Below are positions 49,702 to 64,000 of a stretch of 64,000 bases of DNA, piece after piece (position 1 is the first letter of the stretch; each line of letters starts with the position of its first letter). Source of the DNA: Pseudomonadota bacterium (GTDB taxonomy: Bacteria > Pseudomonadota > Gammaproteobacteria > Burkholderiales > JAKAFK01). The translations under genes and the position numbers were made by a program. The stretch is taken from assembly GCA_021788645.1 (NCBI GenBank), contig JAJYKK010000002.1:73481-137480 (forward strand), in the 5' to 3' direction. The notes beneath the pieces were generated by a model, which saw only the letters and a program-made list of their open reading frames with translations, did not search any database and had not been told where the DNA came from.

Positions 49702-50550
49702 ATGATGTGGTCCCTTTACACCCGTAGACGCCTCGTGAACGGCGTCAATCTGGCCGTTTCCATGCTCGCGATGGGCTTCGGCCTATTCTGGCTGGGCTGG
49801 ATACTCTGGACCCTCGTGCTGAAGGGGGCCGTGGCCATGACGCCTTCCCTCTTCACGCTGGTCACGCCGCCGCCCGGCGTGCCCGGCGGCCTGTCCAACG
49901 CGATCGTGGGCAGCCTCTATCTCACCGTTTTCGCGACCGCCCTGGGTACGCCCGTCGGCATCCTTGCCGGCGTCTACCTGGCGGAATTCGGGCAGCGCGG
50001 CTGGCTCGCGCCGGCCACCCGCTTCATCAACGACGTGCTGCTGAGCGCTCCATCGATCATCCTTGGGCTTTTCGTCTATGAGATCTATGTGGTGCACACC
50101 CGCCACTTCTCCGGCTGGGCCGGCGTCTTCGCCCTGGCTCTGCTGGTCATCCCGGTCGTGGTGCGCACCACGGAGAACATGCTGCGCCTCGTCCCCCACA
50201 CCCTGCGCGAGGCGGCGGCCGCGCTGGGCGCCCCCCACTGGAAGATCATTACCCTGGTCACCCTGAGATCGGCCCGCGCCGGCATCCTCACCGGCATGCT
50301 GCTGGCGGTCGCGCGCATCACCGGCGAGACCGCACCCCTGCTGTTCACGGCGCTCAACAATCAGTTCTGGAGCCTGGACATGAACAAGCCCATGGCCAAC
50401 CTGCCGATGGTCATCTTCAATTTCGCCCTGAGTCCCTATGACGACTGGCATGTCCTGGCCTGGGGCGGGGCGTTGCTCACCACGATCGGCGTCCTGGGCC
50501 TCAACATCCTTGCCCGCATCCTATTCCGTCAGAAATCCCATCCGCTATGA
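49702..50550 (+). CDS. pstA: Phosphate ABC transporter permease PstA
   Basis: 282-aa permease with EAAxALG motif ([13 protein letters not shown]). Confidence 0.92.
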   Translation: MMWSLYTRRRLVNGVNLAVSMLAMGFGLFWLGWILWTLVLKGAVAMTPSLFTLVTPPPGVPGGLSNAIVGSLYLTVFATALGTPVGILAGVYLAEFGQRGWLAPATRFINDVLLSAPSIILGLFVYEIYVVHTRHFSGWAGVFALALLVIPVVVRTTENMLRLVPHTLREAAAALGAPHWKIITLVTLRSARAGILTGMLLAVARITGETAPLLFTALNNQFWSLDMNKPMANLPMVIFNFALSPYDDWHVLAWGGALLTTIGVLGLNILARILFRQKSHPL

Positions 50551-51350
50551 GCATCCAGACCAGCAAAGAACAACTCAGTCCGATCCCGCAGCCGTCCGCC
50601 GCCAAGATCACGGTGCGCAACCTGAATTTCTATTACGGCAGCTTCCACGCGCTCAAGAACATCAACCTCGATATTCCCGAGCAGCGTGTCACCGCCTTCA
50701 TCGGCCCCTCAGGCTGCGGCAAGTCGACGCTGCTGCGCATCTTCAACCGGATGTATGAGCTCTACCCCAAACACCGCGCGGAGGGGGAGGTGATCCTGGA
50801 CCACGAGAACATCCTCGATCCGGGGCAGGACCTCTATAAGCTGCGCGCCCGCGTGGGCATGGTGTTCCAGAAGCCGACGCCATTTCCGATGTCGATCTAC
50901 GACAACATCGCGTTCGGGGTCAAGCTCTATGAGAGCCTCAGTCGACGAGACATGGCCGACCGCGTGGAGTGGGCGCTGCGCAAGGCCGCCCTGTGGGGGG
51001 AAGTCAAGGATAAGCTCAAGCAAAGCGGCACGAGCCTGTCGGGCGGGCAGCAGCAGCGCCTGTGCATCGCGCGCGCCATCGCCGTGCGGCCGGAAGTGGT
51101 GCTGCTGGACGAACCTGCCTCCGCGCTCGACCCGATTTCGACCGCCCATATCGAGGAGCTCATCCACGAGCTCAAGACCGATTACACCATCGTCATCGTC
51201 ACCCATAACATGCAGCAAGCCGCCCGCGTCTCGGACTACACCGCCTACATGTATTTGGGGGAGCTCATCGAGTTCGGCGATACCGACGTCGTGTTCACGA
51301 CGCCGAAGAAGAAGGCCACCGAAGACTATATCACCGGGAAGTTCGGCTAA
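50547..51350 (+). CDS. pstB: Phosphate ABC transporter ATP-binding protein PstB
   Basis: Walker [10 protein letters not shown], signature LSGGQQQRL. The start overlaps the pstA stop (ATGA). Confidence 0.95.
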   Translation: MSIQTSKEQLSPIPQPSAAKITVRNLNFYYGSFHALKNINLDIPEQRVTAFIGPSGCGKSTLLRIFNRMYELYPKHRAEGEVILDHENILDPGQDLYKLRARVGMVFQKPTPFPMSIYDNIAFGVKLYESLSRRDMADRVEWALRKAALWGEVKDKLKQSGTSLSGGQQQRLCIARAIAVRPEVVLLDEPASALDPISTAHIEELIHELKTDYTIVIVTHNMQQAARVSDYTAYMYLGELIEFGDTDVVFTTPKKKATEDYITGKFG

Positions 51351-51364
51351 CTGCCCCGGGCGCG

Positions 51365-52726
51365 TCACGCGCCGGCCGCGACACGAACCGTCTCGGCGAT
51401 GGCGTCGGCCCAGTGCCGCACCTTCTCCAATGACCGTCCCTCGACCATCACCCGGACCACGGGTTCGGTACCCGATGAGCGCAGCAGCAAACGTCCTGTC
51501 CCGTTGAGCTCGCACTCGGCTTCGACCAGCGCCGCCTGGACGGCGATATTGGCCCGCGCATCGAACTCCCTGGGTACCCGAACGTTGACGAGGACCTGCG
51601 GATAGAGCGTGAGGTCCCGGGTCGCCTCCGCAAGCGTTGCCTTGGCGGCGCGCAAGGCGTGCATGACCTGCAGCGCCGAGATGATCCCGTCGCCGGTGCT
51701 GTGCTTGTCCAGGCATATGAGATGCCCGGAGCCCTCCCCCCCAAGCTGCCAGCCCTGGGCCTTCATCATTTCCAGGACATAGCGGTCGCCCACGTTGGCG
51801 CGCGCGAAAGGGATCTTCAGTTTCTCGAAGGCATGTTCCGCCCCAAGATTGGTCATCAGCGTCCCCACCACGCCCCCGCGCAGCGTCCCTGACTTCAGAC
51901 GGTGCCGGGCGATGACATAAAGCAGCTGATCCCCGTCGTACAGGCGTCCCTCGGCGTCGACCATCAGCACCCGGTCCCCGTCCCCGTCAAAGGCCACACC
52001 GAGATCGGCACCCTGCTCGCGGACGGCGGCCTGGAGCGTTTCCGCGTGGGTCGAGCCGCAGCCTTCGTTGATGTTGAGCCCGCTGGGCTGCACGCCGATG
52101 GGCACCACTTCGGCGCCCAATTCGTGAAACACGTGCGGCGCGATGTGGTAAGTCGCGCCGTGCGCGCAATCGACCACGATCTTTTGTCCGCGCAGGTCCA
52201 TCTCATTAGGGAACGCGCTCTTGCAGAACTCGATGTAGCGTCCCGCGGCATCGTCGATGCGGCGGGCCTTACCGAGGCGCGCCGACGGCTGGCATTGGAG
52301 GGGGCCGCCCATGGCCGCCTCCATGGCCCGTTCCACCTTGTCCGGGAGCTTGGTGCCCATGCTCGAGAAGAGCTTGATGCCGTTATCCTCGAACGGATTG
52401 TGCGAGGCGCTGATCACCGCACCGGCCTGCAGCCTCAGGGCCCGCGTCAGATACGCCACCGCCGGCGTCGGCATCGGTCCCACCAGGTAGACGTCCACGC
52501 CGGCCGCCGACAGCCCCGCCTGCAGCGCCGATTCGAGCATGTAGCCGGAAATCCGGGTATCCTTGCCGATGATGACGCCGGGACGATCATGGGGCTCTCC
52601 CGCGCCGGCCTGCGCCAACACCGTTCCTGCGGCATAACCTAAGCGCATGACGAGTTCCGGCGTGATCGGCTCCTGTCCCACCCGGCCACGCACGCCGTCC
52701 GTCCCAAAGTATTTCTTAGTCATCAA
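51365..52726 (-). CDS. glmM: Phosphoglucosamine mutase
   Basis: YFGTDGVRG and [13 protein letters not shown] motifs. 453 aa. Confidence 0.95.
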   Translation of the reverse strand: MMTKKYFGTDGVRGRVGQEPITPELVMRLGYAAGTVLAQAGAGEPHDRPGVIIGKDTRISGYMLESALQAGLSAAGVDVYLVGPMPTPAVAYLTRALRLQAGAVISASHNPFEDNGIKLFSSMGTKLPDKVERAMEAAMGGPLQCQPSARLGKARRIDDAAGRYIEFCKSAFPNEMDLRGQKIVVDCAHGATYHIAPHVFHELGAEVVPIGVQPSGLNINEGCGSTHAETLQAAVREQGADLGVAFDGDGDRVLMVDAEGRLYDGDQLLYVIARHRLKSGTLRGGVVGTLMTNLGAEHAFEKLKIPFARANVGDRYVLEMMKAQGWQLGGEGSGHLICLDKHSTGDGIISALQVMHALRAAKATLAEATRDLTLYPQVLVNVRVPREFDARANIAVQAALVEAECELNGTGRLLLRSSGTEPVVRVMVEGRSLEKVRHWADAIAETVRVAAGA

Positions 52727-53556
52727 ACCGTCTCCTGAAAAGCCGCCACGACCGCCAACGCATCGCGCGTGGCCCGCACGTCGTGCACCCGCACGATGCG
52801 GGCGCCCCCGATGACGGCGAGCACGGCCGCCGCAACAGAGCCAAACACCCGTTCGCCTACCGGACGGCCGGTGATTTGCCCAATCATCGACTTCCTCGAC
52901 AGCCCCGCCAGGACCGGCACGCCAAGGTCCGCAAACCGCCCAAGATGACGCAAGAGCGCGAGGTTGTGTTCGAGCCCCTTGCCGAAGCCAAACCCCGGAT
53001 CGACCGTCAACCGGTCACGAGCGATGCCCGCCTGCAGGGCCGCCGCGACCCGCCGCGCGAGAAACGCATGCACCTCGCCCACTACGTCATCATAGCTCGG
53101 CGCGCGCTGCATGGTGCGCGGCTCGCCCTGCATATGCATCAGGCACACCGCCGCCGGCAACGCCGCCGCAACCGCAACCGCGCCTTCCGCCTGGAGGGCA
53201 TTGATGTCATTGATGAAACCCACTCCCGCACGCACCGCTTCCCGCATCACGACAGGCTTGTAGGTATCGATGGACAGCGGGATGCCGATCCCCTTGAGGC
53301 CTTCGAGCACGGGCAGGATCCTGGCCAGCTCCTCCTCGGCCCCCACCGGCGGCGCCCCGGGGCGCGTGGACTCCCCCCCCAGGTCGAGGATGTCCGCCCC
53401 TTCCTCCTTGAGGCGCCATGCACGATCGACGGCCCGCGCCGGGTCGAACGCTTCCCCCCCGTCGGAAAAGGAATCAGGGGTCACGTTGACGATCCCCATG
53501 ATGCGAGGAACGTCGAGCGGGAGGCGCAAAGCGCCACATTGGAGGAAAGGGCGCAT
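52723..53556 (-). CDS. folP: Dihydropteroate synthase
   Basis: [16 protein letters not shown] and [10 protein letters not shown]-type motifs. ATG at 53556, internal to the track ORF. Confidence 0.93.
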   Translation of the reverse strand: MRPFLQCGALRLPLDVPRIMGIVNVTPDSFSDGGEAFDPARAVDRAWRLKEEGADILDLGGESTRPGAPPVGAEEELARILPVLEGLKGIGIPLSIDTYKPVVMREAVRAGVGFINDINALQAEGAVAVAAALPAAVCLMHMQGEPRTMQRAPSYDDVVGEVHAFLARRVAAALQAGIARDRLTVDPGFGFGKGLEHNLALLRHLGRFADLGVPVLAGLSRKSMIGQITGRPVGERVFGSVAAAVLAVIGGARIVRVHDVRATRDALAVVAAFQETV

Positions 53557-53639
53557 CCAGGAAGCCCCGCGGCGGGTTGGAGAAGCAACACGGCCCACAG
53601 GCGCCGCCATAGCGCCTGTGGGCCGCATCCTTGAGAACG

Positions 53640-55535
53640 TCAGGCTTCCTGGACGGGATTGGTGGTGGCGGCGGGTGGTGCGCTGGCCGCGCGGTCCTGC
53701 GGCGGGAAGCTGGCCGGCCCCTGCGTGGGTCTCGGCGGACGCGGAGGCCGTCCTTCCATGATGTCGTCGATCTGCTCGGCATCAATGGTCTCCCACTCGA
53801 GCAAGGCCTTGGCCATCGTCTCGACCTGGGCGCGATGCTCCTCGATCAGCCGCCGTGCCAGCCCATACTGCTCGTCGATGATGCGCCGGATCTCGCCGTC
53901 GACCTTCTGCATGGTGGCCTCGCTCACGTTCTTATGGGTCGTGATGGTCCGCCCGAGAAAGACCTCTCCTTCATTCTCGCCATAGACCATCGGTCCCAGC
54001 GCGGAACTCATGCCCCATTGCGTGACCATCCGCCGGGCCATTTCCGTCGCCCGCTCGAAGTCGTTCGCAGCGCCGGTGGTCATGTGGTTCATGAACACCT
54101 CTTCGGCGATCCGCCCGCCGAAGAGGACGGCGATGGTTTGCAGAATCTGCTCGCTGTCCATGCTGTAGCGGTCTTCCAGCGGCAGCTGCATGGTCACCCC
54201 CAGCGCGCGCCCGCGCGGGATGATCGTCACCTTGTGCACGGGATCGGTCTTGGGCAGGAGCTTCGCCACCACCGCGTGGCCCGCCTCATGATAAGCGGTG
54301 TTGCGGCGTTCCTCCTCGGGCATGACGATGGAGCGGCGCTCCGCGCCCATGATGATTTTGTCCTTCGCCCGCTCGAAGTCGTCCATGCCGACCAGGCGCT
54401 TGTTCACGCGTGCCGCGATCAGCGCGGCCTCGTTCACCAGGTTGGCGAGATCCGCCCCCGAGAAGCCCGGCGTCCCGCGCGCCAGAATGTCGGCGCGCAC
54501 GTCCGGCGCGATCGGCACCTTGCGCATATGCACGAGCAGGATCTGCTCACGCCCGCGAATGTCCGGCAACGGCACCACCACTTGGCGGTCGAAACGCCCG
54601 GGCCGCAGCAGCGCCGGGTCCAGCACGTCCGGACGGTTGGTCGCGGCGATCACGATGACACCCGAGGTGGCCTCGAAACCGTCCATCTCGACGAGCAGCT
54701 GGTTCAGCGTCTGCTCGCGTTCGTCGTTGCCGCCCCCCAGCCCCGCCCCGCGTTGGCGGCCCACCGCGTCGATCTCGTCGATAAAGATGATGCAAGGCGC
54801 ATTCTTCTTGGCCTGCTCGAACATGTCGCGAACGCGCGCCGCGCCCACGCCGACGAACATTTCGACGAAATCGGAACCGGAAATGCTGAAGAATGGAACC
54901 TTGGCCTCGCCGGCAATCGCCTTGGCCAACAACGTCTTCCCGGTGCCCGGGCTGCCCACCATCAAGACACCGCGCGGAATCCGCCCGCCCAGCTTCTGAA
55001 ATTTGCTGGGGTCGCGCAGGAACTCCACCAGCTCGCCCACCTCCTCCTTCGCCTCGTCGCACCCGGCGACGTCCTGGAAGGTGATCTGGTTGGTGCTTTC
55101 GTCGAGCATCCGCGCGCGGCTCTTGCCGAAGGAGAAGGCACCGCCGCGTCCGCCGCCTTGCATCTGCCGCATGAAGAAGATCCACAGCCCGATGATGAGC
55201 AGCATGGGGAACCAGTTCACGAAGACGCTCATCAAGAAGGAAGGCTCTTCCTGCGGCTTGGCCTGGATCGTCACCCCGTACTTGAGCAGATCGCTCACCA
55301 TCCAGGGGTCGTCCGGCGCATAGCTGGAGAACGCCTTGCCATTCTTCTTCACGCCCTTGAGCACGTGCCCCTGGATCGTGACGCGGCCGATGTCACCCTG
55401 ATGGACTTCCTGGATGAACTGCGAATAATCCATCTGGTTAAGATCGACATGGCGGCCGCTGAACTGGTTGAATACAGTCATCAGGACCAGAGCGATCACC
55501 AACCAAACGGCAATGTTCTTGATCAGATTGTTCAA
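53640..55535 (-). CDS. ftsH: ATP-dependent zinc metalloprotease FtsH
   Basis: Walker [12 protein letters not shown] region, HEAGH zinc motif. TTG start with GGAG RBS. Confidence 0.95.
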   Translation of the reverse strand: MNNLIKNIAVWLVIALVLMTVFNQFSGRHVDLNQMDYSQFIQEVHQGDIGRVTIQGHVLKGVKKNGKAFSSYAPDDPWMVSDLLKYGVTIQAKPQEEPSFLMSVFVNWFPMLLIIGLWIFFMRQMQGGGRGGAFSFGKSRARMLDESTNQITFQDVAGCDEAKEEVGELVEFLRDPSKFQKLGGRIPRGVLMVGSPGTGKTLLAKAIAGEAKVPFFSISGSDFVEMFVGVGAARVRDMFEQAKKNAPCIIFIDEIDAVGRQRGAGLGGGNDEREQTLNQLLVEMDGFEATSGVIVIAATNRPDVLDPALLRPGRFDRQVVVPLPDIRGREQILLVHMRKVPIAPDVRADILARGTPGFSGADLANLVNEAALIAARVNKRLVGMDDFERAKDKIIMGAERRSIVMPEEERRNTAYHEAGHAVVAKLLPKTDPVHKVTIIPRGRALGVTMQLPLEDRYSMDSEQILQTIAVLFGGRIAEEVFMNHMTTGAANDFERATEMARRMVTQWGMSSALGPMVYGENEGEVFLGRTITTHKNVSEATMQKVDGEIRRIIDEQYGLARRLIEEHRAQVETMAKALLEWETIDAEQIDDIMEGRPPRPPRPTQGPASFPPQDRAASAPPAATTNPVQEA

Positions 55536-55643
55536 GTCGACTCCTTAACCGAGGGTGCGCAGGGCACCGCGGAAACCATTCTAAACACATTTTCCCCTTA
55601 ATGTTAGGCCTTGACGGCAAAATACAAGGCCCCGCGCTCCGAT

Positions 55644-56333
55644 TCAGGAGACCCTTGCAACACCGTCCGGGCGCGCACCCGCCCCGTCCCCTGCGGCCCC
55701 GCAGGAGGCCTGCCCGCCCAGGAATCCTTTCCCCAACAGATAGATCTCGCTCGAACGCTCGCGCGATGACTTGGGTTTCCTGCTGACCACCTGTCGAAAG
55801 CTTCGCCGCAACCCCGCCAGGAAGCCCGGGAAGCCTTCCCCTTGGAAGGACTTGACCAGGAAATGGCCCCCTATTTTCAGATTAGCGCACGCGAAGTCCA
55901 GCGCGAGCTCCGCGAGGTGCAGGTGCCGGGCCTGGTCGGCGGCTGCGATGCCGCTCAAGTTCGGCGCCATGTCGGAGAGCACCAGATCGACACGGGCGCC
56001 TTCCAGCGCCCGCTCCAGCGCCTGCAGCACCTCGGGCGCGCGAAAATCGCCGCAGATGAAGTCCACGCCAGGAATCGGCGTCATCTCGAGGCAGTCCAGG
56101 GCCATCACCCGCCCGCGCCCCGCGAGGCGCTGGGCCACGACCTGCGACCACCCCCCCGGCGCCGCCCCGAGGTCGACCACCGACATTCCGGGGCGCAGCA
56201 ACCGGTCGCGCGCATCGATCTCTTCCAGCTTGTACGCGGCCCGTGAACGGAAGCCCTCGCGCTTGGCCCGCTGCACATAGGGGTCGCTGACGTGCTCCCG
56301 CATCCAGGCTTTGCTGGTCTTACTGCGTTTCAT
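55644..56333 (-). CDS. rlmE: 23S rRNA (uridine2552-2'-O)-methyltransferase RlmE/FtsJ
   Basis: [14 protein letters not shown] and [13 protein letters not shown] motifs. ATG at 56333. A Gly/Ala-rich C-terminal tail of about 25 aa extends beyond the usual end. Confidence 0.9.
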   Translation of the reverse strand: MKRSKTSKAWMREHVSDPYVQRAKREGFRSRAAYKLEEIDARDRLLRPGMSVVDLGAAPGGWSQVVAQRLAGRGRVMALDCLEMTPIPGVDFICGDFRAPEVLQALERALEGARVDLVLSDMAPNLSGIAAADQARHLHLAELALDFACANLKIGGHFLVKSFQGEGFPGFLAGLRRSFRQVVSRKPKSSRERSSEIYLLGKGFLGGQASCGAAGDGAGARPDGVARVS

Positions 56334-56365
56334 CGGATAAAATACACAATTTTCGGGGTTTCGAA

Positions 56366-56698
56366 GTGATATCGCTTTCCGGCGCCCAGCGCCGCTATCT
56401 GCGTGCGGCGGCACATCGGCTGCATCCAGTTGTCCTGGTCGGCGAAGCAGGCCTGACCGATGCCGTGCTCAATGAGGCGGAGCGTGCCCTTGAGCGCCAT
56501 GAACTGATCAAGATCCGCATCGCCGCCGCTACGCACGAGACGCGCGCCCGCTGGCTCGAGGCGGCCTGCGAACGCCTGTCGGCCGCCCCCGTGCAGCATA
56601 TCGGCAAGACCCTGGTCCTATACCGCCCCGCCAAGGAACCCAGGCTCACGCTGCCCGCCGAGACCAAACCCGCGGCCCGCAAGCGGCTCCCGCGCTAG
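56366..56698 (+). CDS. yhbY: CRM-domain RNA-binding protein YhbY
   Basis: GTG start. [28 protein letters not shown]...ELIKIRI. Divergent from rlmE, as in E. coli. Confidence 0.88.
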   Translation: MISLSGAQRRYLRAAAHRLHPVVLVGEAGLTDAVLNEAERALERHELIKIRIAAATHETRARWLEAACERLSAAPVQHIGKTLVLYRPAKEPRLTLPAETKPAARKRLPR

Positions 56699-57171
56699 AC
56701 GTACCGGACATCCAGCACTTCGTACTCGCGCACGCCCCCGGGCGCCTTCACTTCTGCCACATCGCCCGCACACTTGCCGATCAGGGCGCGCGCAATGGGC
56801 GAACTGATGGAAATCTTGCCATCCTTGATGTCCGCTTCGTCCTCGCCCACGATCTGATACGTGGCGCTCTCCCCCGAATCGAGATCCTCGATCTCGACGG
56901 TCGCCCCGAAGACGCAGCGCCCATCCGCATCCAGGCGCGTGGGATCGATGATCTGGGCGTTGCCGAGCTTGCCCTCGACTTCGGCAATCCGCCCCTCGAT
57001 GAAGCTTTGCCGCTCCTTGGCAGCATCATATTCGGCGTTTTCCGAGAGATCGCCATGGGAGCGCGCCTCCGCGATGGCGGCAATGACCGCCGGCCGTTCT
57101 ACCGTCTTGAGGCGATGCAACTCGGCACGAAGCTTCTCAGCGCCTTTCACGGTTAAGGGAATCTTGCTCAT
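56695..57171 (-). CDS. greA: Transcription elongation factor GreA
   Basis: [18 protein letters not shown]...[15 protein letters not shown]. 158 aa. Confidence 0.95.
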   Translation of the reverse strand: MSKIPLTVKGAEKLRAELHRLKTVERPAVIAAIAEARSHGDLSENAEYDAAKERQSFIEGRIAEVEGKLGNAQIIDPTRLDADGRCVFGATVEIEDLDSGESATYQIVGEDEADIKDGKISISSPIARALIGKCAGDVAEVKAPGGVREYEVLDVRYV

Positions 57172-57251
57172 GATTTTTTTCTCCGTTGCCCCACTGCGCG
57201 GCACGGCCGCCTCCCGCCGCGGCCCTGCGGAATGGGTTGATGGGGTATCGC

Positions 57252-60461
<3,210 letters not shown>

Positions 60462-60520
60462 GATGGAGTCGTCGCTGGAATCACCGTCCGGCGTGGCTGG
60501 CCCTCACCTGTTCCATGGGC

Positions 60521-61663
60521 TCAGGGCGCATCCTTGCGGGCGCGCATGAGCGCAATGAAGCGGTCGAATAAATAGGCCACGTCATGAGGCCCCGGACTGG
60601 CTTCCGGGTGCCCTTGAAAAGAGAAGGCCGGGACGTCCGTCCGCTCAAGGCCCTGCGAGGTGCCATCGAAGAGCGAGACGTGCGTGGGGCGCAGACAGGC
60701 CGGCAGCGTCGCGACGTCCACCGCGAATCCATGATTCTGGCTCGTGATGACCACCCGTTTGCGGTCCAGGTCCAGCACCGGGTGGTTCGCGCCGTGGTGG
60801 CCAAATTTCATCTTGACCGTCTTCGCGCCGCTCGCGAGCGCCAACAGCTGATGGCCCAGGCAGATGCCGAAGATGGGGATGCCGGTGCCCAACAACGCCG
60901 AGATCGCGCGGATCGCGTAATCGCACGGCTCGGGGTCGCCCGGTCCGTTGGACAGAAAGATGCCGTCGGGCTTGAGGGCCAGGCAATCACGGGCCTCGGC
61001 CTTGGCGGGCAGCACGGTGAGTCGGCAGCCCCGGCTGACGATCATGCGCAGGATGTTGCGCTTGATGCCGTAATCGAATGCCACGACGTGGAACGGCGCA
61101 TCGGCCGGACGCTCGAACCCTTGCCCCAGCGCCCACTCCCCTTCGTCCCACCGGTACGGTGCCTGACAGCTGACGACCTGGGCAAGGTCCATCCCGGCCA
61201 AGCCCGGGAATGCCCGCGCCGCCGCCAGCGCCTCGGCCTCGCTCACCGCTGCGCCGGCCATGATCGCACCCGCCTGCGCCCCCTTCTCCCGCAGGCGCCG
61301 GGTCAGCGCACGCGTGTCGACATCGGCGATGGCCACCGTGCCTTGCGACGCAAGGTACTCGGACAACTCGCCCGTCTTACGGAAGCTGGAGGAGCGCAAG
61401 GGCAGGTCGCGAATCACGAGACCGGCCGCGAACACCTTGTGCGACTCGGCATCTTCGGGATTGACGCCCACGTTGCCGATGTGCGGATAAGTCAGGGTGA
61501 CGATCTGCCGGCAGTACGATGGGTCGGTCAGTATTTCCTGGTACCCGCTCAGGGCCGTGTTGAAGACGACTTCGCCAACGGTGATCCCGTCAGCGCCAAT
61601 GGAAACACCCCGAAACACTGTGCCGTCCGCGAGCACAAGGACCGCAGGCTTTTGATGGGGCAC
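60521..61663 (-). CDS. carA: Carbamoyl-phosphate synthase small subunit (glutamine amidotransferase)
   Basis: [27 protein letters not shown], and GATase triad GICLGHQLL. The proposed start is GTG at 61663 with a GGGAG RBS. The frame stays open upstream to 61864. Confidence 0.9.
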   Translation of the reverse strand: MPHQKPAVLVLADGTVFRGVSIGADGITVGEVVFNTALSGYQEILTDPSYCRQIVTLTYPHIGNVGVNPEDAESHKVFAAGLVIRDLPLRSSSFRKTGELSEYLASQGTVAIADVDTRALTRRLREKGAQAGAIMAGAAVSEAEALAAARAFPGLAGMDLAQVVSCQAPYRWDEGEWALGQGFERPADAPFHVVAFDYGIKRNILRMIVSRGCRLTVLPAKAEARDCLALKPDGIFLSNGPGDPEPCDYAIRAISALLGTGIPIFGICLGHQLLALASGAKTVKMKFGHHGANHPVLDLDRKRVVITSQNHGFAVDVATLPACLRPTHVSLFDGTSQGLERTDVPAFSFQGHPEASPGPHDVAYLFDRFIALMRARKDAP

Positions 61664-61872
61664 CGAACAAAACTCCCGAAGACCCGCCGATACGCCCTGC
61701 TCAGGCCCCAACACGGCCGCGAGCCGTTTGGTTCCGCACGGGACGCCAATCGCGTCGACCAAGCGTCCGCTACGGAACGCCTCCCCAGCATCCGTGACAG
61801 AAAGCGCCGATCGGCGAAGCATGCTAAAGAAACGGAGGAAGAACGCCTTCCCGCCGCCCGACAAATCACGCT

Positions 61873-62722
<850 letters not shown>

Positions 62723-63073
62723 TCAAGACGCGCCCGCGGCCTGAGCGCTGGGCACAACATCGCCGGCGACGCGCACGAGGCGGCCGTTCTTGAAGTAGAG
62801 GGTGAGCCGCCGCCGGGCGGTTAGCCTGCCCCCCTTCTCGTCGAAATAAATATAGTCCCAGCGGTCGTGATGGAAGATATCGGTAAGCAGGGGCGTTCCC
62901 AGCGCGTAGCGCACGTCCGCCTTGCTCATCCCCAGCTTCAGCGCCGACGCCATGTGCTGCGTCACGACATTGCCCTGCTGCACTTCGATCTTGTACGGCT
63001 TGAATCCTGGAAGCGAACAGGAACTGAGCGCCAGGAGAACGATGGCGACACCTAATCGATTGTATTTGCGCAT
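62723..63073 (-). CDS. bamE: Outer membrane protein assembly factor BamE (SmpA/OmlA) lipoprotein
   Basis: Lipobox LALSSC. QGNVVTQ...LKLGMSKADVRYALGTPLL motif. ATG at 63073; the track start TTG at 63082 is less likely. Confidence 0.88.
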   Translation of the reverse strand: MRKYNRLGVAIVLLALSSCSLPGFKPYKIEVQQGNVVTQHMASALKLGMSKADVRYALGTPLLTDIFHHDRWDYIYFDEKGGRLTARRRLTLYFKNGRLVRVAGDVVPSAQAAGAS

Positions 63074-63278
63074 GCCCGTCAAAGAAGCGAATTATCCTAA
63101 GATCGCCGCGCCCATCGCCTGAGCGCGGACGGCGGAGCCTCGCCGGCATGGGAAGGCAGGGCCTTCGGACGTCGGCACAGGGCCGTATTATATAGTGCTT
63201 TCGTTTGCGCTGCTTGGGTGCGGCGGGAAGCCGCGAAGATGCGCGATGACGCGCCCCCGCACCACCGACCGAACGAGA

Positions 63279-63854
63279 TCAATGGAAATGGTAGGCAAAG
63301 CGTATCTCGTTGAAATTGGCGCCGCAGTTCGGTTCCTTGATCTCGGCATTGGACACGTGCTGATAGATATAGGCGAGATCGAATGCGTCGCGAGGACCGA
63401 AGCGCACGCCGAAGCCCACATGGTCGCCAAACTGAAAGGCGCTTCCCAGGCGCCGGGTGGCGCTCAGCCACGTATGAGACAGGAGGTGGACGCCCACTGC
63501 GCCTTCGAAGTAGGGCATCCACCCGGCGCGCGTGCGTTCCTCCAGACGGAATACCGGCGTCACCCCCACGTCCCAAATGGTCGCATTCCTATTGACCGCC
63601 TCGTGCGGACGCCACGCGCCGAGCGACACGTTCCAGTACCCGACCAAATGCCAGGGATGCGACGCGAACCACTGACGATGCCAGTTCCACAGGAGGCTAA
63701 GGCGCGCAAGGTCCGTATGATCGCCATGCCCGAGCAGGACCGACGCGCCATCTGCGGCCCAGGCCTGGGCCGCACCGACGAACAAGAGTGATCCCAAGGC
63801 GGCCGCGCGAACGCGCCTGCCGGCAGTGTCGAGGTACCTTTCGCTTCCCATCAT
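63279..63854 (-). CDS. PagL-like lipid A 3-O-deacylase / acyloxyacyl hydrolase family outer-membrane protein
   Basis: Signal peptide (LGSLLFVGAAQAWA), beta-barrel-like alternation, and C-terminal YIYQHVSNAEI...NFNEIRFAYHF (His-Ser catalytic pair region, terminal aromatic). Confidence 0.65.
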   Translation of the reverse strand: MMGSERYLDTAGRRVRAAALGSLLFVGAAQAWAADGASVLLGHGDHTDLARLSLLWNWHRQWFASHPWHLVGYWNVSLGAWRPHEAVNRNATIWDVGVTPVFRLEERTRAGWMPYFEGAVGVHLLSHTWLSATRRLGSAFQFGDHVGFGVRFGPRDAFDLAYIYQHVSNAEIKEPNCGANFNEIRFAYHFH

Positions 63855-64000
63855 CGCACCCTCCCCTTTCCCCGACAGCGGCCGCGACAAGGCACTGCCC
63901 TACGCCGCCCCGCGGTAACAAGCGCCGGCAGGAGGCCTGAGGGTCGCGGTCCCGGGGCTAGGGCTCAGCCAAGGGTCCGATGCGCAGAGACGACCTCACT

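Noticed and set aside
53631-55601. 656-aa plus-strand ORF. Similar cases: 9643-11628 (661 aa), 60584-62824 (746 aa), 38419-40053 and others
   Set aside because: These are antisense shadows of ftsH, fliM/fliN, carA/dapB and nuoG respectively. The reasoning is the same as for the other shadow ORFs.
56695-56698. Convergent yhbY and greA stop codons sharing a CTAG tetranucleotide (4-bp overlap)
   Set aside because: This is a real but trivial consequence of the palindromic TAG/CTA. There is no functional implication beyond tight packing.
60521-61864. 447-aa CarA with a 67-residue N-terminal extension
   Set aside because: The CarA family N-terminus begins immediately before the ..LADGTVF.. motif. 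The extension lacks an RBS and would start within about 10 nt of the predicted promoter -10. It is kept as an open question in the findings.

Overview
This is a visibly GC-rich proteobacterial chromosome segment. Its backbone synteny looks betaproteobacterial (tpiA-secG-nuoA..N-DUF2818-NUDIX; dapB-carAB-greA / yhbY / rlmE-ftsH-folP-glmM). Almost all of it is densely packed core genes.

Gene order, left to right:
- 5'-truncated OprB-like porin, then an NHL-propeller protein, then a Tat-exported DyP peroxidase (one operon)
- a small conserved-looking ORF
- slyD-bcp, then an MBL hydrolase-bamC-dapA
- a roughly 21.6-kb flagellar/chemotaxis block: fliLMNOPQR, fliEFGHIJK, fleSR (all minus strand), then a divergent cheV-cheV-cheY-cheZ-cheA-EAL/HDOD operon
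- sixA, NUDIX, DUF2818, and the complete nuoA-N operon
- secG, tpiA, a MATE exporter
- pstCAB preceded by a Pho-box-like promoter
- glmM-folP-ftsH-rlmE, yhbY, greA-carB-carA, dapB-bamE, and a PagL-like lipid A deacylase

By eye I found no rRNA, tRNA, CRISPR array, IS/transposase, integrase or phage genes. I also found no clear candidate for a novel multi-gene system.

The points most worth a second look are:
- the porin/NHL/DyP operon, which lacks the canonical EfeU/EfeO partners
- the CheW-less chemotaxis operon: two tandem CheV, a P2-less CheA, and a terminal c-di-GMP phosphodiesterase, behind a near-consensus sigma-28 promoter with a roughly 300-nt structured leader
- several unusually long non-coding spacers inside otherwise compact operons: fliK-fliL, fliE-fliF, fliR-dapA, and the carA leader

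All family assignments rest on motif recognition in the supplied translations, not on database searches. Many long ORFs in the track are antisense shadow ORFs typical of GC-rich DNA and were discarded.
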